The notes: generated from the sequence alone by a model not told the origin. Shown: positions 51,393-64,000, counted from the first letter of the stretch. The stretch: DNA of 64,000 nucleotides from Psilocybe cubensis (GCA_017499595.2 CM039007.1:1922001-1986000); one strand, 5' to 3'. Made by a program: numbers and translations.

Positions 51393-51699
51393 ATGTATTC
51401 AATTAGATAAAGCAAAATTTGAGAGCTTGTTTTACGACAAGGACTTTCACTGCAGGGGTGGGGTGGGCTGACAGGTCTAGTTCGATCTGAAGAATATTGA
51501 TCTAATAATAGTTAAAACTAAGTTACATATGAGAATAATAGAAATTCGAATAGAAATCGTTAAGATTTAGGGTAGAGGGTTACGGGCATCAGGGTATAGG
51601 GCATAGCAGCTGTATCCTGTATAAATATACCCTTTTAGCAGCCTAATCATTACCGATATCTTCTGCTACTCGTTTCTATCATACAATACGTACTACAGT

Positions 51700-52150
51700 A
51701 TGAACACTTCTTCATCCATTCCAAATGCAAATGAAACTCATCAGGACGCTGGATCCTTTCCTGTTAGTTAAACATCTATTTTATGAATTATCTATACTAA
51801 CAATTTTTGTAGATCGGTGTAAAAATTTTTTATATTGACGGTCAAGGCAGATGTATCTATGGGATTGTTAAATGTCACCAAGCCATGCACGTAAGTTTAT
51901 AACATTACTTGTCATTTACTATACCTGATTGGGGCTCCAGTGTACACTTCTTCTGCACATAAAACCTCTCGACTCAGATGGAAAAGAACAGAACATGACA
52001 TGGATTGTACCGTAAGTAAAATATATTTATATTTAAACATCTTTTGTTAAATTAATATTCTGTTTAAATAAAGTTCCTATGCAGTCATTTGTGTATAGTC
52101 TGTATATACTCGTTATATATCCAGTACCAGAGGTTCATATGTATCCATGA
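51700..52150 (+). CDS. Small hypothetical multi-exon gene; 3' end uncertain
   Basis: TATAAATA ~80 bp upstream; MNTSSSIPNANETHQDAGSFP|IGVKIFYIDGQGRCIYGIVKCHQAMH| with gttagt and gtaagt donors. Confidence 0.4.
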
Positions 52151-52659
52151 TGAAAGAAAATGTTAATCAAATATCAACGAGTATACAATATTAGAACACG
52201 AATCTGATGAATAGGGTACGCGTTGGCGAGTCAGTATGCTCACGTGACAGGTTTATTACATAGTCAGATAAAGGTCGGCTATTCGATCTCCTTTGTCCGA
52301 TTAGATTACTAAATACTGATAAGTCACTGATGTAGCCACAAAATATAAATGCATGTATGTTTCTACTGTAGAGCACCAGTGAACAAACAATACTTTACCT
52401 GTATATCGATTACTCATGCACCGATACCCCTATGCTCTGTACCAGAACCATGCTACAGTCACTTTGCATTATACTGGTATTGACTTATGTCGGAAATATG
52501 AACCTTGGTTAAACCTTCATTCGATTACCAACAGCAATGATAACTACCCGCAATGGACCCAACCGACCTGCGTGAAATATGGTACCACTTTATTATTAAT
52601 AATTCCATGACCTGACCGATATTCATCGCAATCTAATATCTAATTACATATATCATACC

Positions 52660-54268
52660 CTATATCCGATTATAATAACCATGTTTTTGTGAAATAGTCG
52701 TAGCCCAACTCCATTTATTTTTGTTGATATCAGGTTGTATCTCACATTCTCTCCGCTTCCCGGGGTCGGACCGCCATATACGGACCCTTCCAGCTTCCGC
52801 ACAGACAGCCAATGAATCGCTGGACCAGTCCACTCCACACGAGCTAGACGAACCCCCCCTCAACCTCACAGCGTGGATGGGTCCGACATCTAATCGAGTG
52901 TCGCGTGCAACACTGAAAATGAAAGCATCCCCGTTGTGAGGCCCTCCTCCGTATGCCAACCATCGACCACACGGTGAGAGTGACGATTTCACATAAAATG
53001 ATGGACTCCCCCAGAGACTGTCGCATGGGTTTTGGCTACTGTAGACGTTTAGATCCAACACACAATACACATATATCCTTGCATCGGTGCCAAGTCCGAA
53101 TATAGTACCGTCCGATTCCTTGACCCCCGATACCAGCGACACAATACCCCTAGACTGGCGATGGTTGTAGACGGTCGGGTCCAAACTAGAGCACGAGAGG
53201 TAGGTATTAGTCGATCTGAGATCCCATAATCGAAGAAAACTACCAAAAGACAATGAGACACACTTTTCTATCGTCTGATAAAACACTCACCCATTCGCGG
53301 AACAACTACTTATTACATTATAAGTGGCAGTGTCTTGCAACACGAGCCCCGTAATGGTGGGTTCCGGAGAAGATCCTACAACCTGATGGGCATGAACGAT
53401 AGTAGCGACAGACCTAAGACCAGTCGACCCCGAAGATAAACGAACTGATGGATTCATCCGTAAATCCCAAAGGGATATAGCACCATCTCTACCTCCGGTG
53501 TACACAAGCGACTCGCTCATAGGATGCCACATGACACATTTAACCGGCTCGATATGTCCGTGTAACCAATGCGTTATAACTCGATCTTCGACGTTTACGA
53601 CAAATGCACCGGGATGATCGTCTCCCACGTACCTTGAATGAGTAGACGTACCAACCAATAACGATGTATCATCCCTCTTCCATTTCAAATCGCTTATGTA
53701 GGACCGATGACGTATAACTTGCCGTCCCCTAGGTTCTACGCGAGGGAAGGAATACGAAAAATAAAAACCGACATAGAAGTGCTGTGACCAGAGAGAATTA
53801 AACGCACCACGTTCCCATAAACACCTCCGTCGTGCGTCAACGACCTTGATGGATCCCTGGCAAGTGCCTATCGCAAGAAAGGACTTGCCACTAGCTTTAG
53901 ATTCTACAAACAAGTTCGAATTATACGCTTTGATGAGCGTTGTACTATACATACCATTTGAATACGAACAAACGGATTGTCTATCACGCAAGCCGCACTG
54001 GTAATCAACACAGTTGAGTGTATCAAATATATTTGAAGATATGAACGAATTTAAAAAAGGAATCATAGAGGCTGATACATAAATAAAATAAAAATTAGCA
54101 GAATGTTAAATGTTCATTCAATAGAAATACTACACCTCTACAACTGATTCCATTTATAACAGGATGCAGAAGACGTTGGAACTGACCAATGCGGTGAAAG
54201 GTCGACGCGCTGTATCCTTTATCGGTATCGACAGGGATACCTTTTCTACACATATCAGGGTCTGACAT
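52660..54268 (-). CDS. Divergent CDT2/DTL-like WD40 protein
   Basis: PFLNSFISSN..CSYSN..LAIGTCQGSI..H..ISDLKW..D..LHGHIEPVKCVMW..TGGRDGAISLWDLR..ISSCSANG|FLRLWDLR..RGIVSL..SFYVKSSLSPCGRWLA..VDW..VRIWR follows the CDT2 motif order. Confidence 0.7.
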
Positions 54269-54931
54269 GATTAGATGAACGATAAATTGAACCACGAACC
54301 TTTATAACTGAAATGGTTCGAGAAAATAGCATCATATAGGGTCGACAAGAACGACACACAGAAATTGTTCATCCAATTACCCGGAGAAGAAGGATCATCC
54401 AGGATCAGTCATTAGTCATGATGATTATGCTTAACAGGTTCGATGACAGATATATGACAGTCAGCACGACCGATAATTCACGAGATAAGATGTAACCCTG
54501 TGATTATTTCCACTACAAGTAAAACGATCGACAACGAATCCTTCGAGTCATAAACACACATTGCTAAATATGTACATCTTCACTGTTTATGGAAATCGCG
54601 AGTTGATAACTCACGACAGTGACTTGCTACCGAACAGGGCAAGCTCTCTTGCGTCTCTTACAAATACGTTACACGTTCTGCTACCCATGGAATACATGGC
54701 TCCTGATTCTACGCCATCCAATTTTAAAAATTGTATAGAAAAGCGGATGCTTACAGAAGGTTTGGTGGGAGAAGTAAATGTACCTCCTTTATGGGATGCG
54801 GCGGTCTCCATATGTGTTTTCTTCCTTTTCAAACGCGAAAGTCAGTACAATAGACACAGGACAAGATGAGCATATAGTACCGATGCCATTGTTCTTTCTA
54901 AACCCATCCTTTTTTTATGTTCATAGGATTC

Positions 54932-54937
54932 AAAAAA

Positions 54938-54976
<39 letters not shown>
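54932..54976 (+). repeat. Poly(A) tract (38 uninterrupted A at 54939-54976)
   Basis: Directly visible in the sequence. Confidence 0.95.
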
Positions 54977-54977
<1 letters not shown>

Positions 54978-56196
54978 GATTTATGTCTTCAACCAGATGG
55001 CAAGGCACCAAGTACTCTTGACCACCTGGACCAATAATCAACCTATAACCTCTCGGCACTGGCGAAATTAAGATGACACTAGTAGTAGGAGTTTTTTGAG
55101 GAGGTATACTCGATCAGCATTGACTTTTTAAAGACGATGATACTCGTTTCCATTCCATGGAAGCATTTAGGCATTAGAAATTTTTCATGGCTCTTAGAGT
55201 AAGCCTTTAATAAGGTAGGCGGTACTATAAAGCCTCTTGTATCTAGAGGGCTAGACGATTTCGAAGTTTTCAGTCAATCCGTAATTTGTAAAGCTCGAAC
55301 TTACTAAGCAATTTCTATTAGCTTTGAAGGGAATGGATACGTTTCAAACGTAATCAAGTTATTGGTGTTCCTTTGATCTTTTGCGAAAGTTTCTTCGATT
55401 GCGGTGAACATTGTTTAGCTGTCACAAGTGGAAACGAGCGGTGTTGCTTTCAAGTTGGTTGGCGTTAAAGTACTCTGTTTTATATTAGTCCGTCATTTAC
55501 AATAGATTCTGTTGTCATTCGCATAGAATATTTGCGTCGTGTTTCATATGACTAATTAGTTCTCAATAATGTAATGTGTATATGTTGTGAGGATTAGACT
55601 CCTTCTAATTACAGAGTTCTAAATGTTGCTGTGGTTATCCTGTGGACGAACATAGAAATACCATTAACAATCGGGTAAAGTCGTAGAGTGGATAGATATT
55701 GCATAAGTGTTGAATATTAATCTAACATGACACCAATCAAAGAGTTCTCCGAGACTGTTCAGTGTACTAATCCGTGTATACATAATATATGTTCGTAAAT
55801 GAAGCTATCTATGTCCGGCTATAAGTTTTGATAAGTGGGTCAAATGGTATGTAAAAGTCCCCTCGTTCCATAGCAATGGTTTACTGATTTACATTTTATA
55901 GTCGTAGGATGGCATGACTACAGAAAAATAGCTAGACATTCCGTGAATTACTCAAGTCACGAGGAGCCTCGAAAATCACCCACTTACATCAGCAGACATG
56001 TTCGGTTTGATGCGTTCCCAGGACCTATGGCCTTGCTGTAAAGCAAAGGCTACCCACTCTTAATTAAGGATGTTATGACTAGAACTTTGAAATAATTCAA
56101 TTTGAGTTAAACGCTTTATCTTTCGGTCAAGTCCCTTTTTACTCTACTCACTTCAATTGTTAAATTGCATTATAAAGTGTCGATCAATGCCTTCAC

Positions 56197-58372
56197 TTGT
56201 ATGGCCTTTGGAATGAAAGGAACGCTATTGTCGGATCCCTTGGCGTGGAACTAAGGAAACGAACCACCATCGGTGCCGAACTCGCGGTGAAGGTGCTATT
56301 ACGGTGTTCGAGAACCGCAAGCTCTAAATCTCGAATTCGCTTGTCAGAACTCAGGTGCGTAATCACCATCACAAATTCATACTGCCTCCGAGCTATCGGT
56401 TTCCCAGTATGGAGACCTTGTTAAGTCGTTTCTACCTTTGAAATCTGTGGAATAAATTGCAAAATCCCAGCTTCTAGGAATATAAAGACTCCCTAGAGCA
56501 CCATTGCATTGCTAAATCGTTGAAACGGACGCATTTCTGACTTGCCAGAGTTTTATGAAGCTGAATTTCGTCGTTTACAGCTCGACGAGTTGACTTGACA
56601 CCGCCCCGGTGGATAATTTAAGTTGGAGTCTCATTCACATTATTGTATATAGATGCAAAAAAATGTATGTTATTCAAGCTAGTATATAGACAATACATTG
56701 TCTAACACTGACGGCAGTTGGTTTAACACAGAATTACTCACTCTCGGTGAAGCGTCGACTTGACTACATGTTCAGATCTCCAGACGTTTGCGTCAATGAT
56801 ATCAGGACCATACATAATTTGGTCAAAAAATGGTTTAACCTGACTACGTAGGACCCTATACGCGTAGATTTGGTTATTTTGGCCCGTCAAAACTGTTGTA
56901 GAGGAGAAAAACACTCAAAATATGCCAATGTCCTGCTAATTCACGGCGCTGAAGAAGGCAATGGAGGAACGCCAATGGATAGCTCCGAGGCAGTATGGGT
57001 CTGTGATGGTGATCACGCACCGGAGTTTTGACAGCAAATGTGAAATTTAGAGCTTGCGGTTCTCGTACACGCTATGCGTGTTTATGAAGCTCCCGTGTCG
57101 ACATGCATCTTAATTATTCTATGATAGCCCAGAATTTGCTTTTCCTTGACGAGCCCACATCTGGTCTTGACTCTCAGAGTGCCTGGAACATTGTTGCCTT
57201 CTTGCGAAGCTTGGCCGAACAAAGCCAGGCTATCCTATGCACGTAGGTAAGCAGCTATTATCAATTATTTATATACTGATCTGTCTTATTCATTAGGATT
57301 CATCAAGTGAGCTTCTGCGGTGATGTACCTCTTTGCCATCTTAATGATTTTTTTTTTTGTCAAAAAACCTTTCGCTGAATTGTTCCATGTACGTCGTTTG
57401 ACACAATTTTATTGTACCTTGACTGACCAAAATTTACCAGGTCTTCGATCGCTTCCTTTTGTTGAGGAGAAGGGTGGCTAAACAGTCTACTTCGGTGACC
57501 TTGGACACAATGCTGAAACTTTGCTGCACTACTTCGACTCCAACGGTGCTCGCCCATGTCTTCCTGAAGAAAATCCGTGCGTTATTTTTAACCGTTACAC
57601 TGATGCCTTATCCTGATCTATCTCCGTCTAATTTCTAGTGCCGAATATATGTTGGACGTTATTGGTGCCGGAGCGACTGCCTTCAGCAGCATCAACTGGC
57701 ACGAAGTTTGGAAACGCTCCCCGAGGCAGTCAGGACTGAGCAGGAAATCCAGGAGATCCATACAATTGGACGAAGTCAACCTGCTGTTGAAACTGATCTC
57801 AGGATTGAATACCCCACCCCATGGCGCAACCAGGTCATCGAACTTGTCATTTAAACAAGGAGCTGCTGACCATTACCGCATCGCCAAGCTCATCCTCAAT
57901 GTTGCTGGTGGCTTCTTCATTGGTCTGTCTTTCTCAAGAACCAGGACAGTATACAAAACGTTCAGAATTGTATATGTGTAAGTCTTGTTCGTTTTAGGAT
58001 TTGATCTTCGATCTCATAACCTCCTTTTACTAGACTGTTTACATGCTTCTCGTCTTGAAGTTGGTTTCAATTACTTTGTTGAGTTCACGAAACTGACCAA
58101 TATTTCTACAGTCAACCGTTGGTGAACATGTTGCAAGTTCCCTTCGTCGCTACCCGTACTATCTACGAGGTCAGGAAGCACCCAAGCGGAATGTACAGCT
58201 GGACCGCCCACATCATTGCCCAAATTCTGGCTGAACTGCCATGGAACATCCTGGGATCCTGCCTTTACTTCCTTGTTTGGTGCTGGACCTCCCGCTTCCT
58301 ATCTGGTCGCGCTGGTTATTTGTACTTGTCTGTTGGAGTTGTGTTCCCTCTTTACTACACCACCATCGCCCT
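56197..58372 (+). pseudogene. PDR/ABCG transporter fragment (NBD2 + part of TMD2), frameshifted
   Basis: AIVGSLGVELRKRTTIGAELAVK | [78 protein letters not shown]. Several frameshifts; the 5' and 3' parts are missing. Confidence 0.85.
56304..57070. mobile_element. Non-autonomous Mutator-like element with ~94-bp TIRs, inserted in an intron of the ABC pseudogene
   Basis: 56304-56397 is an imperfect inverted copy of 56978-57070; flanks gctattacg / gctatgcg look like a decayed 9-bp TSD. Confidence 0.75.
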
Positions 58373-59303
58373 AGTACGCAATGCCTACGGTCTGCATTTT
58401 TTCAGGCATGGCAATACATCGGACTCGGAGATATAAATAAACGCAGAATGACGTTAGGACACTGCTCATCCAGGCACTCCTTACATGTTGCGTCGTCATA
58501 GGTGTTAACATTCGTCAAAGGCATGCTCGCCTGCATCGCATCACCCTCGCCAAGTCCCGCGACCGACGTTTGCCATAGCAATGCTCGCCTGAATTGCATC
58601 ACCCTCTCCAACCTGAGGTGACCTGCAATTCATTTCGCTGAGATTCGGCAAAGGCTCACACGCCAGAACATGTCCGTTCTCCATGCCACTACTCGCCGCA
58701 AATACGGAGAAGTCTTTCAGGGTTTCTAGGCATGGGCCCAACATTGTGGCGGAGAACGGCGAAATAAGAATTGGCGATCCTGATAATGGACCTTTTAACC
58801 TGGAGGATACAGATCCAGAAACACTGATAGAATGTTCGTAATCCATCCCTTAATATAAGTGATATTTTTACTTACCTTGTTCCAAGTGTGACGCTAGTGA
58901 CAACTGTGGCTCGGAGAGTAATAGCAGTTCCGTAGCGGCACACGGAAAAGGTTTCGAAAGGAAGCTTAGAGGTCGAATAGACAGGTTAAAGTACTCTGTA
59001 TTCGATGCTTTTCTGTAGCTACTACATAGCTGTATTTATACTGTAAAGGATAAGGTGTCCAAAAGAAGTAGACGAAGAAAAAGATAAAAGAGGGTTAATT
59101 GGGAAACACATGAAGGTGGAGTATAAGTCAGTTTCAAGGGGAATAGAATGAAGGATTAGGAACATAGAATGAAGAAAATGAGCTAACGGGGTGCGTGTAT
59201 CGGGTGGACGGAGCGAAGGTGAAGTCCACAGAAACGAAAATTAAAGATAAGATAAAAAAGAGGATTATCGGGGTGTGGGAAACAGACCGGAACGTCACAC
59301 CAA

Positions 59304-59597
59304 GTCAAACGGGTCCATTGGCTACGTGCCAGAGCACAGTTCCACAGATGGCGAGAAGAGGCTATGCTTCTTGGGTACGAAATGGACTGAACGATGAGAT
59401 ATTTCCTACGAAAGGAGAAATAGTGGATGAACAGTGCAGTAGCGGCAATGGCTGGTGATGCCTCTGCTAATGACGTGGTACAAAAGGGGCGAGCAGCCTA
59501 TGCCAATCGCCAAGCAGCCATGTGGGGTGACTTGGCGAGGCGAACAGATTACCTATTTCGTATTACCAAGCCTGGCTATAAAAAGGGGTTAATCTAA
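59304..59597 (+). pseudogene. C-terminal remnant of a Kyakuja-Dileera-Zisupton (KDZ) transposase
   Basis: KRVHWLRARAQFHRWREEAMLLGYEMD*TMRYF..*W..GRAAYANRQAAMWGDLA, with in-frame stops at 59388 and 59421. Confidence 0.75.
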
Positions 59598-59673
59598 AAA
59601 TAGATATGGTTCAGCGTAAAAAAAATTGAATCATGAATCTTGAAAAAGTCCAACACATCTGCGGTGACCGTCC

Positions 59674-62175
59674 ATGACGTTTTCTTCAATCGATCCTTTC
59701 GATCTACATGGTTTTGCATCTGAATCGGCAAAGCAGTACCGCGAACACATACAAGAGCTCGTCTACTATGGGGAATCACGATTAAAACGAGCGGTGGACG
59801 AGATTTTAAAAAAACCGATGGAAGATCAAGCTCCATTCCAAAAATGCCTACGAAAAGAACTGGTTAGTAACTCAATTAATGGGATACCTTTTACTAATGG
59901 TTTTACAGCATTACTTTTTGACTTACGTGGGCTTGATCACATCAATGGGACAAGTTGTTGATGTACCATTTACGCTGCGTTCGTTGGCATTTTCTTTAGG
60001 GAGAATTGCTCCAGAGGATCTACCCATGCAATTCAACGTCGAGTTCGTGCAAGCGCTTAACATAACACGCGATGAAGACCGTGGGGAAGTAGTAGCGAGC
60101 TACAAAAGACCGTGGTGGGAAGAATTCAGGCCAAGTTGGCGATCTGTCATAGACGATGGTTCAATCGGCGAGTGTTTATCACACCACAGGAAACTAATAG
60201 GAATAGAAAATAAACATCGTTTTATTGAGTCTCTTGGTAGCGATATCACTCCATCCTCGTTTGCCATGACACCAGGAGAGCGAATGCTCTTTGAACCACT
60301 TCAGAACGCTCGGCGAACAATTATGGTAATGACTGAAGCTCAAACGAGCCATCAGAGTGTCATTTTCAGAAAGGCAGAGGAATACTGGAATCTGCATGAC
60401 GCTTCGAAGGCCGAAGGGATGAATAGGGACCATTGGAAAATGGGCATTACCGAGATGGGTAACAATATTACGGAGATTGGAGGTGTTGACTATGTTGATA
60501 GGTGCGTGTTTCTGCAGAGGAATAGCGTTCCAGCGGCGTTGATACCGAAACACCTAAGAATAGGATATCAACACCGGCATTTCAACGTGCGACGTCATGC
60601 AATGACCCGCCTTTGGTTCGGGATTCAAAACACCGTTCGAAAGACTGGAAACCGTCAGAATTGGATGATGATTACAGTCTCTCCCCGCTTCCGTCCCCTG
60701 CACTGCTGTACCGCTCAGAATCAATCCAAACCGATCAAGGCACCGTGCCTGTAGAAACTGTACCGCCCCATTCTGGTCCTGATATCTCGTGTGGTTCGCC
60801 AGAAGAAATGGGCGATCTTTCTATGCAAGCGTCACTATCACCAGGTTTTGCTAGCGCACGGTCCCGCGATGAAATGGCAGAGTTGTACGAGGATATAAAG
60901 CCCCATATCCAAGAACCTATCCAAAGTTACTCGCCCGAATTCCACCCACCCATCCGTATTCCTTTGGCAGATGAATTAGGAGATCTTTTCAGGGACATCC
61001 CTTCAACTCCAGGCCGATCATTTGATATGGAGATACTGGGGATACAGTCTCCTAATGTGCTCGCGACATTATACGAGGAAATAACACCCCAATTCGGCAT
61101 AGATCGCCAATCCTCGCCGGAAATCAAAACACTTCGCCTGAACCCTTCGGCAGATGATTTAGGAGAACTTTTCAATGATATTTTACCGCCCTCAGGCCTC
61201 TCTATCGATCCTGATATTACTGCAACGCGACCTTCTGATGTACGTTCAACGCGGGACGAGGATGTAACGCTCCAAATTAACGTAGATCGCCAATCCTCGC
61301 CGGAAATCTGCGCACTTCGCCTTAATCCTTCACCAGATGATTTAGTAGATCTTTTCAGGGACATTCTACCACCTGCAGGCCTGTACCCCAATCTTGATAT
61401 TAATGGAACGCGGCCTTCTAATGTGCCTGCAACATTGTACAAGGAAATCACACCCCAAGTCGACGTAATTCGCCAATCCTCACCGGAAATCTATGCGCCT
61501 CACCTTAATCCTTCACCAGATGAGTTAGGAAATCTTTTCAGGGGTATTCTTCCACCTTCAGGTCCATTTTCAAATGTCGAGTATACTGGAACTCAGTCTC
61601 CGCAAGAGTGTACAACAATGCGCGAGGATTCGACGCCTAAATGCTACCCATCTCGCCACATTGCTTCGACGGATGAATTAAGCGAACTCTTTATGGACAT
61701 CCTACCTAATCCAGAGCCTTTGAAGAGGTCAGAGGCCCAGACCCCCAATAAACGTTCAGGGTTTACAGAAGATACACCACCCACGTATCATCCAAACTGT
61801 TATATTTCATCACCGGACGAATTAGGAGAGCTTTTCAGGGACTTAAAACCTGCCTCAGAGCTGTCGGAGAGCCCTAGTGCCTACGTTGCACAGTCCCCAA
61901 ATGACATTGCAGCACTTTGGCAAAATACTAACCAACCCAATAACCATTCACCTCGCCATAATGCTTCGCCAAATGAGCTGGGGGCGTTGTTTCAAGGTAT
62001 TACACGGCTCGCTCAAACGACGGATAATAGTGCTAACACAGCACTGCAAGGTACCTCAAACGTCATGTCTCGTCCACCAGCCTCGAGCAATATTCATGAA
62101 GATCAAAGTCTTTCATTGGGCAGTAGTAACCATCTGAATGGGCTCCCTTCCAAGAGGCAAAGACGTCAAAAATAA
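59674..62175 (+). CDS. Hypothetical protein with ~40-60-aa internal repeats; the junction near 60500-60620 needs an intron or frameshift
   Basis: ORFs 59674-59961, 59879-60754 and 60613-62175; repeated (S/P)xDELGxLFxDIxP motif. Confidence 0.55.
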
Positions 62176-62901
62176 GCCCTAACCAAACTATCTCTTGCCC
62201 TCTGTAACATTAGACAGAATAGAATAGAAGTATTAGAGTACAGAGTATTTAATTTTTTTTTTTTTGTGCTCGCTGCATTTCGCCCCATTATGGGCGTACT
62301 AGCTTACACCGGGGCGAAAAACCTGGGTCCGCTGAATACGAAAACCAGACGCTCAGTTCCCCGGGTCCGCTGAGCTGTAGCCTGTGCACACCAGATACAC
62401 ATACTCCGGACCCGCTGAGGTGTGACCATACACACATCTATTCGACGGATCGACATGCACCACTGACCACAGTACGGCCTTTCCTTGTGTCTTACCATAC
62501 AGCACACTGTTACACTGGAAAAGACTAACACACTCGATGGAATTGTAAATTTCTGTGTATCAGAGGGATGTTGTAGAGTATACGTACAAGCAACAGAAAC
62601 TCGAGATGATGGTAGAAAGAGAGAGAGAAGGAATACTATTCTGAACAAGTAAAGGATAAACAGAAGACAGGCTGAATTTATAAAGCAAAGAACCAAAATC
62701 AGAAGCTAAGTAAGTTACATAGCCTACGTAAATTACCGATAATACAAGAGATATTGTCAAGCGAAACATGGTTGATTCAAGAAAATGTAGGACCGGTGAG
62801 AAATACAAGACGTGTAATCTGGGTAAGAGAAAGAGAGGCACCAAGTTCGCCTGACCCTGCTCGGTTCGCATATGCTCGGAAAGTCGAAAAGTGGTCTTAC
62901 C

Positions 62902-63782
62902 CTAGAAATAGTGAAGGAAATGAGCTTGTAATAACTCGATTTCCATTTCTGTCATCTTGGTCTGGGAAAAATTGGCGAATCTGTGCAAAAAGCCGTGTAT
63001 ATAGTCGGGGGTCCATCGAGAAACAGCGTAAATCATTTCTTGCTTTGTAATCCCAAAGGCATGAAAGTCCTGCAAAAGGTGTATCATGGAAGGGGAACAG
63101 GAGTCGAGAAAGGATGCAATTGCATCATTTTCATTCGAGTCATAACGCGACGGTGGGCGGGATACGGTATTGGCTGACGATGAGGCTGGAAGTCTCACTG
63201 TTAACTCTGGTTGGGATGATGAAATTACCATACATACCATTGACGTTCTCCTCTAATCGTGAATCTGAGGAACTCGCCGATGTGGAAACCAACGGAACTA
63301 TTTCAGGAAGGGTAAGTTTACTACGGGCTGGTCCGGGCATCTTCAATGAATTGGGGGTTGGGTACACCTTTAGTTGGTAAAAAAAGGATGAAGGGCCGTT
63401 ATTTACTCACCCCTTTACGCTTCCGTACATTATAGCGCGCCATCTCAAGTCTCTCAATTATGTATTGCTCCACAAGATCAAGTCTTTCACTTTGATCATT
63501 TTGCAGTGAGTGGTTAAAAATATCGGGGTATGCTTTTAATACCTGTAGGAAAAAAAAAAAAAAAAAAACTGTAGTAAGTAAAGGTCCATGCAAATTAAAC
63601 ACATAGTCCGTGCCCACCGTTTGACGAAACAATTTCCGTTGTTCAACTTGAAGAGAAGGTGGCAAATCCAATGTTAAGCAATCCTGCCCAATTTTAATGA
63701 TGTCGTTCTGTGAAGCAATGAGGATAATGTGCATGAATAGTATTGGAAATACTAACGACGATGTCCGAGACTGCTTGGTCAT
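62902..63782 (-). CDS. Hypothetical protein with a small C-terminal helical (SAM-like) domain
   Basis: Spliced ORFs ending IASFLDSCSPSMIHLLQDFHAFGITKQEMIYAVSRWTPDYIHGFL..MTEMEIELLQAHFLHYF*. Confidence 0.55.
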
Positions 63783-64000
63783 TATTCAAGCATACTGAGT
63801 TAAGCATGGCTTTTAGCTGACGCTCGCCCTATGTCATGCACTGTTAGTGTGTTGTACATAGTGGTGAATAGTACTGTTGTACTTGGCCTGTCTCTGTCTT
63901 GCTCTGAATTGTTTGCATTTCTGGAAGATATGGGAGGGCTTATTGTCTGTTGGGGAATGATAGAGGGGCAAGGGAAAGTTCAAGTTCAACTTTACGATCC

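Noticed and set aside
54932-54976. Poly(A) tract as a retroelement tail
   Set aside because: No TSD or LINE/SINE body identifiable upstream; treated as a simple homopolymer.
62281-62303. Helitron 3' end (hairpin + CTAG)
   Set aside because: The hairpin is only 2 nt from CTAG, the next base is C rather than T, and no Rep/helicase is present in the window.

Overview
Eukaryotic, intron-rich fungal DNA, most likely an Agaricomycete basidiomycete (short GT-AG introns; Plavaka, TET/JBP and KDZ families). The window has three zones. (1) 0.7-12.5 kb: an apparently intact ~11.8-kb Plavaka DNA transposon with degenerate TIRs, TA flanks and subterminal palindromes, carrying a TET/JBP dioxygenase and several cargo genes. 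It sits between two same-strand genes that share an uncharacterised C-terminal domain; the downstream gene is an MLKL-like four-helix bundle + non-RD kinase. (2) 16-46 kb: a housekeeping block (2OG-Fe(II) oxygenase, importin beta, LSM7, Cid1-family nucleotidyltransferase, Ish1-like protein, PAN3) interleaved with two immunity-type genes: a gasdermin-like/TPR/degenerate-NACHT fusion and a C2-NACHT-WD40 NLR. (3) 46.8-64 kb: a decayed, TE-rich zone with a truncated aspartic protease, nested MITEs, an AT-rich island with a divergent CDT2-like gene, an ABC-transporter pseudogene interrupted by a Mutator-like element, a KDZ transposase remnant and repeat-containing orphan genes. Exon boundaries were inferred by eye and domain calls come from motif recognition; no database searches were run.
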